A DNA stretch of 64,000 nt from Callorhinchus milii (lineage: Eukaryota). Both the position numbers and the translations under genes were made by a program. The stretch covers positions 124,001-188,000 of the forward strand of contig NW_024704821.1 in NCBI RefSeq assembly GCF_018977255.1, given 5' to 3'. This document shows, one piece after another, positions 12,108-24,803 of this stretch; positions within the stretch are counted from its first letter, which is position 1; each line of letters begins with the position of its first letter. A model generated the notes under the pieces. That model worked only from the letters and a program-made list of their open reading frames with translations. It made no database searches and was not told where the DNA came from.

Positions 12108-13447
12108 AGCCATTCTTTCAACGCTTTATTGAAGAAATGCAAGTTTCCTTTAAAAGTTAAACAGGTTTCCTAATTCCACGCCCCTCTGTCTTCCCAATAA
12201 TACGTAGGAAACCGTTTGTTAGTCGATTTGCAGGTCCTTTTCCAGGGTTAATTTTCACTAAAAAAAAATAGTCACTCAATCCACGACTGTTTGAGAGACT
12301 CTGCTGTGTCCAATTCGTTCTCGAGTTTCGCCCATAAAATACACAGTCAATACACTTTGCAGTATAGTCTGTCAAGCGATTCGAGTTGTGTGATTTATTT
12401 GATAGGCGCTGTATCAAAGGTCACGGATTATTATGATACAGATACTTTGGACGAGGTAGTTAGTGGAAGCCCCCGAGTGTGTGCAGACGGCTCGACAATG
12501 GCATAATGTGTGTTGGCTTCACATCTCTGAGGGCAGCTGTCAAATTCGTAACGCGATGAAACGAGCCATTGAGAGGGTTCAAAGCTAAAAAGGAGGAGCC
12601 ACGTGTCGTCAGCAATATCTCAGACATCCCTGCCCCAGTTAGTTGAAAGTTTCCATTCTGCCCCTTTCCGGTCTATGGATCTGGGTTACAGCAATTTGGG
12701 TCGATTTTATAGCTAGAATTTGTTTTACTGCACGGTTTATTTCACTGAATGATGCTTCATGTATTCACATTAATGTTTGTAAACTATGTGTCTGACACAT
12801 GGAAAAAAAACTTCACTATGATTTTGAGTATGCGAACCAAACAATGCTTATAATAATAAGCTTCTCTATTGCTATTGCGACAAATTCTCAAAGTGCTTTA
12901 CGCTTACACTTTAAAGTATCGTGACTGTATTTTGTGGTGACGGAACTTGGCTGCCGGTTGCGCACAGCAACATCACACAAAGATGGGATTGATTGAGTGA
13001 CGACATTAGCTATATTTAGTTTGAAGGAATTGTTACACTTTCTTATAAGTTTTGATCCCGCCAATTGATGACCAAACAGTTTACTACTTAATGCCAGGTA
13101 AATAGACTTATTGGGTGTAAGACATGTGTGATGGTTGTCTGTTTTTTGTATGAAACACGGCAGATAATTTCACACAACAGTGTCACATAGTAGTTTGATC
13201 GATTAAATACTCTTTACCGATTTTTTTAACGAACTATTATTCCAGGGAATATGGTCCGCTCATCGACGAACAATCGGGTTTCTAATTAAACAAACAGTGG
13301 CATGTGGAGCAATGAAATTTATCCACCGTTTTGCACAGCCTGGAATCGAACCCAGCCACTCGTTTGCGAGGCGATTGCTCCATCCAATGATCTACAGTAT
13401 ACGCAGTAGGTTTTTGTACAGTTCCCTCTTAGACAGACAGCACTGTG

Positions 13448-13900
13448 CTCACCGCACAGAAGTAAGTGGCGGTGTCTGACACTCTCACGTTTTGGATCGT
13501 TAAGGTGCAATTTCTCTGTCTTGTATTAGCCAAAGCTCTTATCCTGTCCTTCACATTGATGTCACTTTTTCCCAAAACCAGGAACCGGATGGAGCCTTTT
13601 CCGTACTGTGTGTACCACTGAAAGTAAGGGTTGGTTTCAGTGATGCTGCACTGCATAGGTGCACTTCCATGTTCATTCTCTGTCAGGGCCTCCGGTCTCT
13701 GTGACACATCGCTTTCAGACAAAACAACTGGGAAATAGAAATGAAAATTCTTTGCAAGAAATTCCGAAAATATCTGCGAAGAAAATTTTAAATCACTTTG
13801 CAGGAAAACTAGAATATTTGCCCAAACTCCTGTGCTACTTACAGAGTGGAAATATAACTAAATTCAAAATAATATATTTTGCGTTGTAATTCTGCTTCAT
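13448..13900 (-). CDS. TCR V segment V6 (family C), apparently functional
   Basis: Leader 13900-13843 (MKQNYNAKYIILNLVIFPL); V exon 13727-13448 ending DTATYFCAVS. Consensus RSS: CACAGTG 13447-13441, 23 bp, ACAAAAACC 13417-13409. Confidence 0.92.
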
Positions 13901-15012
13901 TCTCAACTCGTGTAGATTCAAGTGAACTTGTTTCGTTGACATGCAGTGAGAAATCGTTTAAGCGTAGCACCCGGTATATAGACTTTTGTCTATGTGAGAA
14001 GATGGCACTATCTTTTCTCTGTTTATTGCTGAAGGTGTATTGCGACTTCGCCTATCGTTTATGCTCAGATTCCATTCGATTCGCTGTGGCAAACCACAGT
14101 AATATGTGAAAGAGACAATGTAAAGTGACACAGTTACAAATAATGAAGGAAAGATACAAATAACAGTAATGATTTTTGATATTGACATAGAGCCTTTTCA
14201 CGTCATTGTGTCGTCTCGAATTCTTTCACAGATTATACTGGACCGTCAATTAACGGTGTAATTTCAGAGTTTACAAGTACGCCATCCAATTGTACACAGT
14301 AATGTCACACATACAGTCTTGGATGGAGAGACCAATTTACCACTATATTGAAAGTTTTATTCCACCGGAAATCGATCTATCATCCGAGTAACAAACGGGT
14401 CCCTATTTGCTGCGAGGTTAAAACGAGACATGTGGATATGGAAACATGGTCAAAATTCCACCCCGATGGTAACCGAAAACACGTCTCCTACTTGCGAGAA
14501 GACTGCTCTAACCACTCAGCTAAAGGACCATGATATCCTTGGAAAGAGCCCAGATCTTGATAACTTGGCGACATGCAAGAATAATATATCAGGAACCTTC
14601 ATTGTCATTGAGAGAATTAGATCATACGATTCTCAGTGTCCTACAGATGCCAAGTTAAGGATATACGAAGAGGAATTCCAATAATCGTGGGAGCAGGACA
14701 GTCAAAGATTCCTGATGCACCCTAACATTGCGTAGACTGATCACCTACACTTTGTGATAAACTTTGATTCGAATAATCTACGTTACGATTGCATTTTTGT
14801 TCATAATGGAACGTGCAAACCAAGCAAAAGGAAGACGTTGGCAATCTTCGGAAAACGATTGGAAATCGGGTACAATAATATATGTTATTGAATTTTTAAA
14901 GACTTTTCAACAATTCGTGTCTGGGGGAAGCATCAGCGCACCAATGACACCCAGTGGTCATGCTTCGCAATATAATTGTTCAGCTGAACCCAAAATAACA
15001 ACTATGATAATA

Positions 15013-15642
15013 TTGAGCGAAGTATGTAGACAGGAGCGTTGCTGGAAGCTTTTCTGTACCAGTAGAGGTAGGAGGTGTCACTGATTTTCTTTAAGCTGCA
15101 GGATAATTTCACATCATTTCCCTCTTCAACTGTTGTATCGCCTTTCTGTTGTTTCACCGTGTTTTGCAGACTGTTTCCTGTGATTCAAAAGAAAAGATAG
15201 TGGAACAGCAAGTTTGTCTTATGTGGAGCTCTGCAGTGTATTGGTGACAATATTCGCATCACAAGCAAGAGGGTCTATACCAGGACAGGACGAAAGCTTT
15301 CGAAATGATCCTTGCTCCATATGCCTCTGTTTATCAAGCAGTAAATCGGAACACGTTTGTTAGTCGATTGCAGTTTATCTTTTCCAGGGGTAATTAGCCC
15401 TTCAATGTTAATTTAATAAAGAAAGGTAATAACTTGGTTACTCAGTCCATGAACATTGGGTCAAAACTGTTGTCCGCAATCGGCTCGAATACATGAAAAG
15501 GGACTATATCTAATCAAAGGATTATTATAGTTGTAATGTTGTAAAAGGTATAATAAGATATTAAAAAAAAGAAAATATACAAAAGACACTAACTGCAAAG
15601 TAAGCTGAGAATGATTGAGAGCGCAGCACATGTCTCCCACAT
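15013..15642 (-). pseudogene. TCR V segment V7 (family E), 3'-truncated, no RSS
   Basis: Leader 15642-15594 (MWETCAALSIILSLLC, GTTAGT donor); exon from 15177 reads RNSLQNTVKQQKGDTTVEEGNDVKLSCSLKKISDTSYLYWYRKASSNAPVYILRSI and then breaks at ~15012. The 3' half and RSS are deleted relative to V18. Confidence 0.88.
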
Positions 15643-15699
15643 GAGCATCCTGATCCCGTGTCTGACATTAACTCCCCAATGTGGATTGATGGATCTTTT

Positions 15700-15905
15700 T
15701 GGCTCAGTCGCCGCCAAGTTACAGCCCCGCCCACACAGGGCCACGCCCACAGCCACTGCCACGCCCGTAGAGCTATGACACTCACTCACTGCCCCGCCCA
15801 CACAGAGCCCCGCCCGCACAGCCACCGCCACGCCCACAAACGACGTCACCCAGTCACTGCCCCGCCCGCACTGAGCCGCATCGCCCAATCACTGCGGTTA
15901 CTTTA
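15700..15905 (-). promoter_or_regulatory. GC-box/CRE-rich tandem-repeat promoter of family-E V7
   Basis: Repeated GCCCCGCCC (Sp1-type), ACGTCA (CRE half-site) and a CCAAT, beginning ~60 bp upstream of the leader ATG; CpG-rich in an AT-rich background. Confidence 0.6.
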
Positions 15906-17089
15906 CAGCGCCCCGTCCACACAGCACCCCGCCCACTCCACTCACCCCACACAAACACACAGTGCCACACAATCAGGTCATTCAATCCACAACAATGTTG
16001 GGCCACTGTTTTATACAGCTGGCTACCGAGTTTGGCCCACACAATACAATCTAACGACCCATCCAACCCCTCCCCCCCTCCACACCACACACCGCACTCT
16101 CCCACATCCAAAGTTCCAAAAAATAAGGCAACTCAAACTACAACATTTTGTGGGACACTGCTGTACACAATTGGCATCAAACAATACAGTCACTCCACTT
16201 TTCAGAGTATTCTGTGAAGAGCTTTCAGACATCTCAATGACATAATATGGCAGTATAACAATTGCAATCTTTGTTATTATTATCGTTATTATTAAAGTGT
16301 TGAATAAGACATAAGACATAATGAACAATTGTGTTCATTAACCGTGTTTGAGAAACGCTTTTATCAAATACAGCCTTGTCATTTGGTCAATACGCCACAA
16401 AACTCCTCGTTGGTTTTAATGTCGAGTGCAGCGACAGCGTGTTTGTCAACTTAGCACCCAATTTGTGCACAGCACTGTCCCACAAACAGCTATGAATGAA
16501 CGATGAATTTTACAGATGGAAAGTCTTCCCAGACAGCGTTAGACACCTGGATATTTCTCGAGAAATGCAATGGCATTTTTATAGTCCCTTCATTCAAGCC
16601 GCCTGGACCTGGGTTTAATATCTACTCGGTAGGACGAGCTTCACCGACAATAAAGACAGCCAGGCCTGCTCCAGAGCGTCAGCCCAGAAGAGAAGAAAAT
16701 AATCCAATACATATTACATAGTGATCGTTTCTGTCGCATTTCAATGTGTCAGTTGCGGGATGAAATATCAATGTTTTTATTATGATTTAATACACCTATT
16801 AAATAGTTTGATGTTCACGTTTAATGTAGTTGCCTAACCAAACAGTGATGAGGGGAGACGTATGTTTTTTTCACACAACAAATTGTTCCGATCTTGAATG
16901 CGTTGCCTGAAAGGGCGACTGAAGCCGTTACGGTTACAACTTTCAATAGGGAATTGTTATACCGCAGATAAAACTATTTATTAGCGGCTGTTATTTGGGA
17001 TGAAGGCAGAATATTCAACATGCGGCAGAGAAATTGTTTCTTGATCAACCTAAGCCTTGTGTGAATACTTTAGGCCAATATTTGGAAAT

Positions 17090-17235
17090 TTCAGTTGAAG
17101 CAGCAATAGTGTGTATGAGTGAACACTGTCAAATGCAACAGGAAGCACCTGTTACTGCTGCAAAGGAAATTAGTTAAAGAAAGCAACGTGACAAGTTATG
17201 TAAGTTGCAACTCATGTTCTATGTGTTTGTTTGGT
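17090..17235 (-). promoter_or_regulatory. Ets/E-box module, copy 3 (CTCF position falls in the N gap)
   Basis: AGGAAGCACCTG 17140-17151; the sequence breaks into Ns just before the position where other copies carry the CTCF-like motif. Confidence 0.5.
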
Positions 17236-17265
17236 NNNNNNNNNNNNNNNNNNNNNNNNNNNNNN
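17236..17265. other. Assembly gap (30 N)
   Basis: Run of N. Confidence 0.99.
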
Positions 17266-18114
17266 TGTCAATATTAGTATCTCCCAGGCTGCCTTTATTC
17301 GTGAGGCTTGAATCGCCGCGTAGTAGGGCTCTCTAGACAGAATATAATGCGAATTGATTCTCTTTTGTGGGTGAATTGCGTCATCCAATTTCCCACAGTA
17401 ATTTCACAAACCTCCGGGGATTAAGTTATCAAATTGCTATTATTCTTCTTTCTATTATCAAGGCTGAGCTGAAAACCTGCCTCTGTTGGTTATACTTTCA
17501 TATATGATCACAATGTTGTTGGTTCAGGCCCCATGTCGACAATTTGAGCTCACAGACTAGACTGAATTTCAACTCAAAACTATGTGACGGCTGTGTTGTC
17601 CACAAATCCCAGAGACAAGCCATCAATCACTTTATTAATGTTTGTGGGGAAACTACTGCATGATAATTGCTTCTGGTGTTGGCCTACAATCTAAAGTCAC
17701 TTCTTATTAGAAAACGGATACTAAGCTTTGCTGATGCCTGCAAATTGAAAGGCGCTGTACCAAAGGCCAGTAATATTATTATTGTAATTTTATCATTATT
17801 ATGATTATTATTATCATGATTTTTATTAATATTATCATCGTTGTGCACTTCTTCTTAGCATTGCATCCAAGTAAGCGAGCTGCAACTCAAGACGCTAAAT
17901 TACACTAAACAAGGTCAGATTTAATCTCCTACCCAACTTAAACCAAAACAAATGTCCATATTGCCGTTTACAAAATCTAACCCATGTATTACAGGAGTGA
18001 GATCTTCTTCAGGGCGTCTGCTTTCCTGGGAGAAAGATATTAATGTACAAAACACGAAATTGAAGTTGCTTCTTCAGCAAACTAATGCAGTGCTTCAGAC
18101 AAATGTTTGTCAAT

Positions 18115-18290
18115 TTCAGTTGAAGCAGCAAAAGTGTATATGAGTGAAGAATGTCAACTGTAATAGGAAACATCTGTTATTGCTACGAAGGAAGTTAGTT
18201 ACAGAAAGTTACGTGTCAAGTTTATCAGTTGCAGCTCATGATATATGTGTGTATTGTGCGCCTTCTGCTGGTGGATTGCACCTGGAGAAC
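18115..18290 (-). promoter_or_regulatory. Ets/E-box/CTCF-like module, copy 4
   Basis: AGGAAACATCTG 18165-18176; CCAGCAGAAGGCGC on minus at 18271-18258. Confidence 0.55.
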
Positions 18291-19124
18291 TGGTAAAATT
18301 GGAGACTTTTGATAGTAAATTATTTTGGGCCTGTCTTAACTTTCCTGGAGCTATCTCCTCCACTGGAAGTTTATACCATATTCTCATTTGCCGGCTCGTT
18401 CCTCATATTGTCATTAATATTATTTGACTGAGCATTGAGCTGCGATGGAGCATTTTACAAAATAGCCACTATATCTTTACACTTATGTTCCTCCGTTCAC
18501 TTCAGGAGATTATGCCATTGCACTCTGTTCAATAGACATAAAATATCATTTCATCTTGACTACTATTCAGTAACGTAAATAGTACAATTTGTGTTCTTTC
18601 GTTAGTGACTCGCCGAACAGTACACATACGTGTTTAGCGTATGCTTTGCTTCCAAGCATTCCTTGAACCTGATATGACAGCAAAACCTGAACTGAATTGA
18701 TCTGTAATCCAAAGAGCACAAGGGAAAAATTTACAGTATCATGTTTTGGACAGAGATTACAGTGCATTGAATATCTATGTGTTTCTGTACCACAGAAATA
18801 TGACAGTATTTATTATGGGAAGTCTGTAAATGATTCCTGTGGTTTGTCACTGTCAAAAGCACTTTTCCCTGAAGCTGTGCCAGTCTATGTCTGAATCCCT
18901 CCAGCTTGGCCACACTAACCTAAATAACTTTCTTTATTACTGTGCCTCCTGTGAACAACCGTTGTTCCTGTTTCTTGGCCAAGCACCAACATTGTTAAGC
19001 TCAGTGAAAGACACACCCCTTGAAAGGTACTTTAGAGGAGAAGGAGGAAGACATTCAGACACTTGTGCATTTTCCTAAATTAAATTGCATCATTGCTAAT
19101 CTATACGTCAACTGCAATGACCAG

Positions 19125-19375
19125 CCCTCGCTCGCATCCCAGACCTAACATATCTCTATCCACTGAAGCATAGAAAATAAGAATGGATCCGGCATCCACA
19201 TATATTTGGTGAAAATGTTCTGTATTTCCATTACCATTTGGGTTAGTGCAAATGCACCACAATTGCTCTCCTTACTTGCCTGACTCTAATTTTAAAATGA
19301 TACCCAGTTTTTCAGGATTTCCCACACACCAGAAGAAACTGGTTTTCTGTAAATGGAGGAAATAGTTTCTCTGTA
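19125..19375 (-). mobile_element. Degenerate CR1 LINE 3' fragment
   Basis: CTCTAATTTTAAAATGATACCC is the antisense of the CR1 G-H-x-L-K-I-R motif region. Confidence 0.6.
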
Positions 19376-19661
19376 AACAATATATTTGCAACCTGTTATT
19401 TTGGATGTTTTTCTACGTATTTAAGAAACACAAGAAACGTACACGTGCATGGGGCCCCTCTACCCAGACAGCAAGATCACTCAAGTCGTTTCGGTGAAAA
19501 TAATACGAGTTCGTGGAACAAGGAAACATGCCCAACGTTTCCCTCTGCCGGAAATCGAACCCAGATGCTGTCATTTGCGACGCGAGTTCTCCAACCACTC
19601 AGTCACAGGAATCCACTCAGCAGTTTTTGTAGGGGCAGAATCGCTGATCTGTGCCTCTGTG

Positions 19662-20760
19662 GAGCTCAGTGCACAGTAGTACACCGCGGAGTCTGTAACT
19701 CTCACTTGGATTATATTTAACGGGACGGTACTTCTCTCTTGATCAGCATTCACTGAGAAGCGTTCTGTTGCAAATTACGCATGTTTTTGGTTCTTGTTGC
19801 CTTTGTCTGTCCTAATGATATATTCTGGAGTTTTTTCGGGATACTGACGGTACCAGAAAAGATATTCAGAGCCGTAGCCTGCAGCTGTATAATTACATTG
19901 CAGATAAACTTCCTCCCCTTCATTCACTATCACGGTAGATTGGGGCTGTGATACAGCGTCTGCTCCAACATATCCTGGAAAACAGACACACATCAGGCTT
20001 CAATACAATAGCAATAATAATAATAATTCCATATAATACAGCACCTTGACGCGTCACCCAGCGCTTCACAGATTATACTGCGACTATGCAATTTGGTGGC
20101 GAAACAAGCCAGTCGATTGCGCACAACTTTCTCCCACAAACGGTCTTGAATTGAATGATCTTACAATCGTCTAACAAAGCGTACCTACTTCCTGCTGCGT
20201 AAAGATAATAATAATAATCCTTGCATTTGATATAGAGCTTTTCACGTCAGGATAACGTCCCATAGCGCTTCACAGAACACATTGTAAAGTGAATTGACTG
20301 TATAATTGTGGGCGAACGCGGCAGCCAATTGCGCACAGCAATGTCCCACAAACAGTCGTAGATTGAAATTGACCAATTTATTATTATGCTTGGTTTTGGT
20401 GGGTTTATTATTAGGTGTGTGGAGTAGGAAAACTTGCCCAAGGTTTCGCCCTCTGGCTGGAATTGAACTCACGTCTTTCGCTTCCAAAGCGAGTGCTCTA
20501 ACCACTGAGCTACAGGACTCCACAATAGGTGTGTGTGCGTACGGAGTAAAGAAAATTGCCTTAGCTTTCGCCATGTACTCCTGCACAACTCCTACCGCTT
20601 GCTTGGCCAGTTCACTCGACGCGATGAATGGTGCAGCGAATTGGATAGTTTATGCAATAAAACATAAATTTTGGATAAAATGTGCAGGAACCATTCTGAA
20701 AGAATGAGTTGCTCGCTTACCTGACAAGGTAATGATGGCTGCTGCCAGATAGATGTACAT
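19662..20760 (-). pseudogene. TCR V segment V8 (family A), in-frame stop; paralog of V1
   Basis: Leader 20760-20721; V exon 19974-19662 (313 nt) with TAA replacing GAC after KHA (~19775). RSS: CACAGAG 19661-19655, 24-bp spacer, ACAAAAACT 19630-19622. Confidence 0.9.
20205..20521 (-). mobile_element. tRNA-derived SINE in the V8 intron
   Basis: Paralog of 2070-2386. Confidence 0.85.
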
Positions 20761-21522
20761 TGCTATATGTATTTAATGGCGCGGGGCGTTGAGATAGCGT
20801 TGATGGTGTAGTTGGAGAAGTTGGCTGGAGGCTATAAGATACCGTGAGTGAGGGCTGAACAGGAAATGACAAACAGAAGTTATCATATGCTGTGAGGGAG
20901 CAGGTCTGAGGGTTATACAAAACCTTGTATCTCTGTCATTGTGCATCATCTTCGCTGCTCTGCCATCTGGCTCCTCCAATGGTCCTCTCTCATCCCTAAC
21001 ATGTCTTTGTTCAGCCGGGTGTCTGACACATGCAGACACTTGCACCCATATTTAAGTTCATCCAAAATGCATGCATGATTTTTACACATATGTGCCATCT
21101 GTGCATCTGGATGTGCCTCTGGAAAGTCACTTCCTCTTTCTCTCTGGAGGAACATATACAGTTTGCTTAATATCGCAGATAACCAGTTGCTGACAGGCAA
21201 CAGAGGAGACGAGGGGAAGGTCAATATGCTTTGGGCTGCATTCTGATGACATAGTCATTAAATCTCTTACGGTTAGTTTTCACGTTTGATGACGGCAACT
21301 GTCTGCTGGTAGGACAAACTCTCTCTTTAGATCGAAGCCTCTTGCAAGGCGACTCCTTTAACCACTAGACTACAGGACTCAACAGCTTCCGGACACCACC
21401 CTTTCTGCTGTAATTTTGTAACCAAATCAGTCTGTTGAACGCACCAATTTAAAGGTGTCAGAGAAAGTCATGATTCTCTGCTGACTTTTTGTACGGGGAA
21501 TCTGTCTTCCTGCAACATTGTG

Positions 21523-22690
21523 GGCTCCAGGGCACAGTAGTAGACACTGCTGTCACCCACAACAGCCCTGTGTATCTGCAGATTCATTATTTTATTCCTT
21601 TTGTTCACGTAGGCAGCGAAACGGTGAGGAAGACCAGGAGGTTTGTCTACTCTTCCAGAGGTATATATGCTGAGGAAATACTGAGGTGCTCCATCTGGAT
21701 ATTGCCTGTACCAGAGAATTGTGCCCAATCTTGAAATGTTGCAGTTGAGTGTTACGTCTTGCCCTTCAATTTCTGTTATCTCGGGAATATTTGGGGATAC
21801 CACATCTTGCCCGCCGACTTCTGCAACAACAGCTTATTTTAGTTTAACGTGATGCCGTCCATTCACTTCATAGTATATTCTGGTAAATGCTTTCAAATGG
21901 CATCAATACTAATTGCGTTCGACATCACACAATTGAGACTTCTGAAAACCATCCGCGGTATGTAGTGTAAAGTGAACCGATCATGTATTTTGTGGGTGAT
22001 CAGTGGCCGATAAACATGCACAGTGACGCCCTATAAACATCCGTGGAATGAGTGACCTATTTATTATTCCCCTCTGCTGAAGCACGGTTACACTCAGAGA
22101 GCAAACCTGCAATCGTCTAACACCTGGGATCCCACTTAATAAATGTGAAACAGAGGCCTGAGTCTGAAATGCGGAAACTTCGCTGAGGTCTCCCGCTGTC
22201 CTGCCCGGGAATCGAAGCTGTTTTCTCTATCTTGGAGTCCTGTAGCTCAGTGGTTAGAGCATTCGCTTTGCAATCGAGAGACCTGAGTTCAATTCCAGGC
22301 AGAGGGCGAAACCTTGGGCAAGTTTCCTTACTCCACACAGAGCCTAATAATAATCCCTCCAAAAACAAAAACAATAATAAATTGGTCATTCTCAATCTAC
22401 GACTGTTTGTGGGACATTGCTGTGCGCAATCGGCTGCCGCGTTCGCCCACAAATATACAGTCAATTCACTTGACAGTATATTCTGTGAAGCGCTTTGGGA
22501 CGTCCTCCCGACGTGAAAAGCGCTATATCAAAAGCAAGGATTATTATTATTATTATTATCTTGCGAAGCGAGCTCTCCAATTACTTCACTTCTAATACTA
22601 TATAGTGCACAAATCATGCGCTGGGCATGTGCACACATACTTACCGGCTATGGTGAGGATTGCTATCAGTAACTCGCAGAGAGCTGTCAT
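21523..22690 (-). CDS. TCR V segment V9 (family B), apparently functional; paralog of V2
   Basis: Leader 22690-22645; V exon 21820-21523. RSS: CACAATG 21522-21516, 23 bp, ACAAAAAGT 21492-21484. Confidence 0.92.
22234..22560 (+). mobile_element. tRNA-derived SINE in the V9 intron
   Basis: Paralog of 4097-4428. Confidence 0.85.
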
Positions 22691-24009
22691 GTTGGCTGCT
22701 GAGGTGTGGACAGATAATGGACTCTCTTCCTTTGTATATCGCTGTGTTGCTGCTTCAGTGACAAGATGTGAGGAAGCGGCTGATCTGACGCGTTCAGTGG
22801 TTTACTGTGTACAATTGTAGGCGTTTTCCGCAAACCAGAGGATCTTGAACTTGATTTTCTGGCGACTATTAGCCAATGGGTCTGGGTTTTGTATTGTTTG
22901 GGAACATAGAGTAGCGTTTCACCTACAAAGAATGTATTTACAGTATTTGCTGGGAAGTGCTTTGACACGCCTCGAAGAAGTGATAACACGCTCTAACTGT
23001 CATTGCATTAATGTTGTTGATGCTGAACCATGCAGACTAGCCTAAAGGAAAACAGATTTACTTTCTCTCTTCACGGCTAAGGTGAATATGCGCCTCTGAT
23101 GCTGATAATATTTGGAGTCACAATGTTTTTGTCTCGGGACCCACGTCGACACTTTGAGCTCACACTCCAGACATACAGTCAAAGTCAACACTGTATGAGG
23201 CCTGAATTGTCAGTAACACCCAGATAAGTGCCATCGCCGAATTTATTATATTTATGTGGAATCACTGTGCGCAAATGCCCTAGTTTGCTTGCCTATAAAT
23301 TGCAGTAACGTATTTTTCAGCAGCTGACATTAACCTCTTTGAAAAACCTTCAACATGAAAGACGCTATATGAAAGGCAACGATTATTATATTTTATCGCT
23401 GTCCAGATCTGTGTTGATTTACGTCGAAGACATAGCAACAATATAAGATAGTTCTTCAATTCCTATATCAAACTAAATTAGGTCAGTGTTAATCTTCTTC
23501 CCAAATTAATACAAAACAAATCATTATAATGCGTGAAAATGTATTCATGTATTGGCCTACAGCATACTATGAATACTTTTTTACAGAAACGAATATTAAA
23601 TGCTTGGCCACAGCCTCCAACTTAAAAGACGCTGTATCAGGTGCAAGTATTATGATTATTATTATTATAATATTATTATTATAATTATTATTATCTTTAC
23701 TATTACTGTTATAATTATTATAATTATTGTGATTCTTATCGTTTTCCCGTCCTTCTTAGCATTGCATCAAACTAAGGAATCTACAAACTCAGATGTCCAA
23801 ATTAAATTAAACAAAGTGAATTTTAATCTTCTTCTGAAATTAAACAAAAGCTGATGTCCATATTACCGTTAACAACATCAAACACATTTATTACCGCAGT
23901 GACATCCACTGAAGGGCCACTGCTTATTTGGGAGAAAGATAATAAAATACAAAATATGCAATTGAAATTGCTTCCTGAGCAGCCGAAAGCCATGCTTTAA
24001 ACAAAGTTT

Positions 24010-24190
24010 GTACTTTACATTTGAAGCAGCCATAGCTTGTATGAGGGAACTATGTCAACTGTACCAGGAAGCACCTGTTGTTGCTGCCAAGAAAGTTAGT
24101 TCCAGAAAGAAACGTGTCAATTTATGAGAGTTACAGCTCCTGTTCTATATTTAGTTCGCCATCTGCTGGTGTACTGTAGCTGCAGCACGA
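24010..24190 (-). promoter_or_regulatory. Ets/E-box/CTCF-like module, copy 5
   Basis: AGGAAGCACCTG 24066-24077; CCAGCAGATGGCG on minus at 24169-24157. Confidence 0.6.
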
Positions 24191-24803
24191 GTGCAATTGG
24201 AGACATCTGATTGTAAATTGTTTTTACACCATTTTATATTTAGAATTGTGAATGGCGCTATATAGTACTAAGTTGTTTTGACGTTTTCGTACTTATTAAC
24301 TTGCCAAAGGAAAACACGTGCATATGGTAGAACTTCTCAGAATGTAAGACGTTTTAGGTAATTTCTGTGAGTATAAGATGATTATATATAATAATAATCA
24401 TTGCATTATTGCTTTGGATATAGCGCTTATCACGCCTACAAAACGCCTCCAAGTGCTTCACAGAATATGTTGTAAACTAGTTGACTGCATATTGTGTAGC
24501 CGAAGCACAGCACCATATTGCTCACGTCAATCTCCCTTTGGATTGAGGGATCAATTTATTATTACCACTATGTTGAAGAACTTATCACAGCTGGAAAAAA
24601 GATTCAACACTGGACCAACAACCACACTGCAAGGTAACCAGAGGTGTGTTGCTGCGTGGAGTAGGGAAACTTGCACAATGATTGGTTCTGGTGGCAATCG
24701 AAACCAGTTGGTGTCGTTTGCGAGGCGAGTGCTCCGACTATTGAGCTACACGACTGCACTTGTCAGTTTTTGTACAGCTAAATCACTGCTCTACGCCACT
24801 GTG

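Noticed and set aside
15700-15905. Short direct repeats as a CRISPR-like array
   Set aside because: Vertebrate context, irregular units, no unique spacers and no cas genes; better explained as a promoter VNTR.
15589-16245. His/Pro/Thr/Ala-rich ORFs up to 195 aa (also at 30.0-30.5 and 44.7-45.4 kb)
   Set aside because: These come from the GC-rich promoter repeats; the frames are not conserved among the three copies.
18830-19078. Plus-strand ORF containing YYCAS (18935), a possible inverted V remnant
   Set aside because: No C23 or W41 motifs at the correct spacing, no RSS after it, and no D-x-A motif; likely coincidence.
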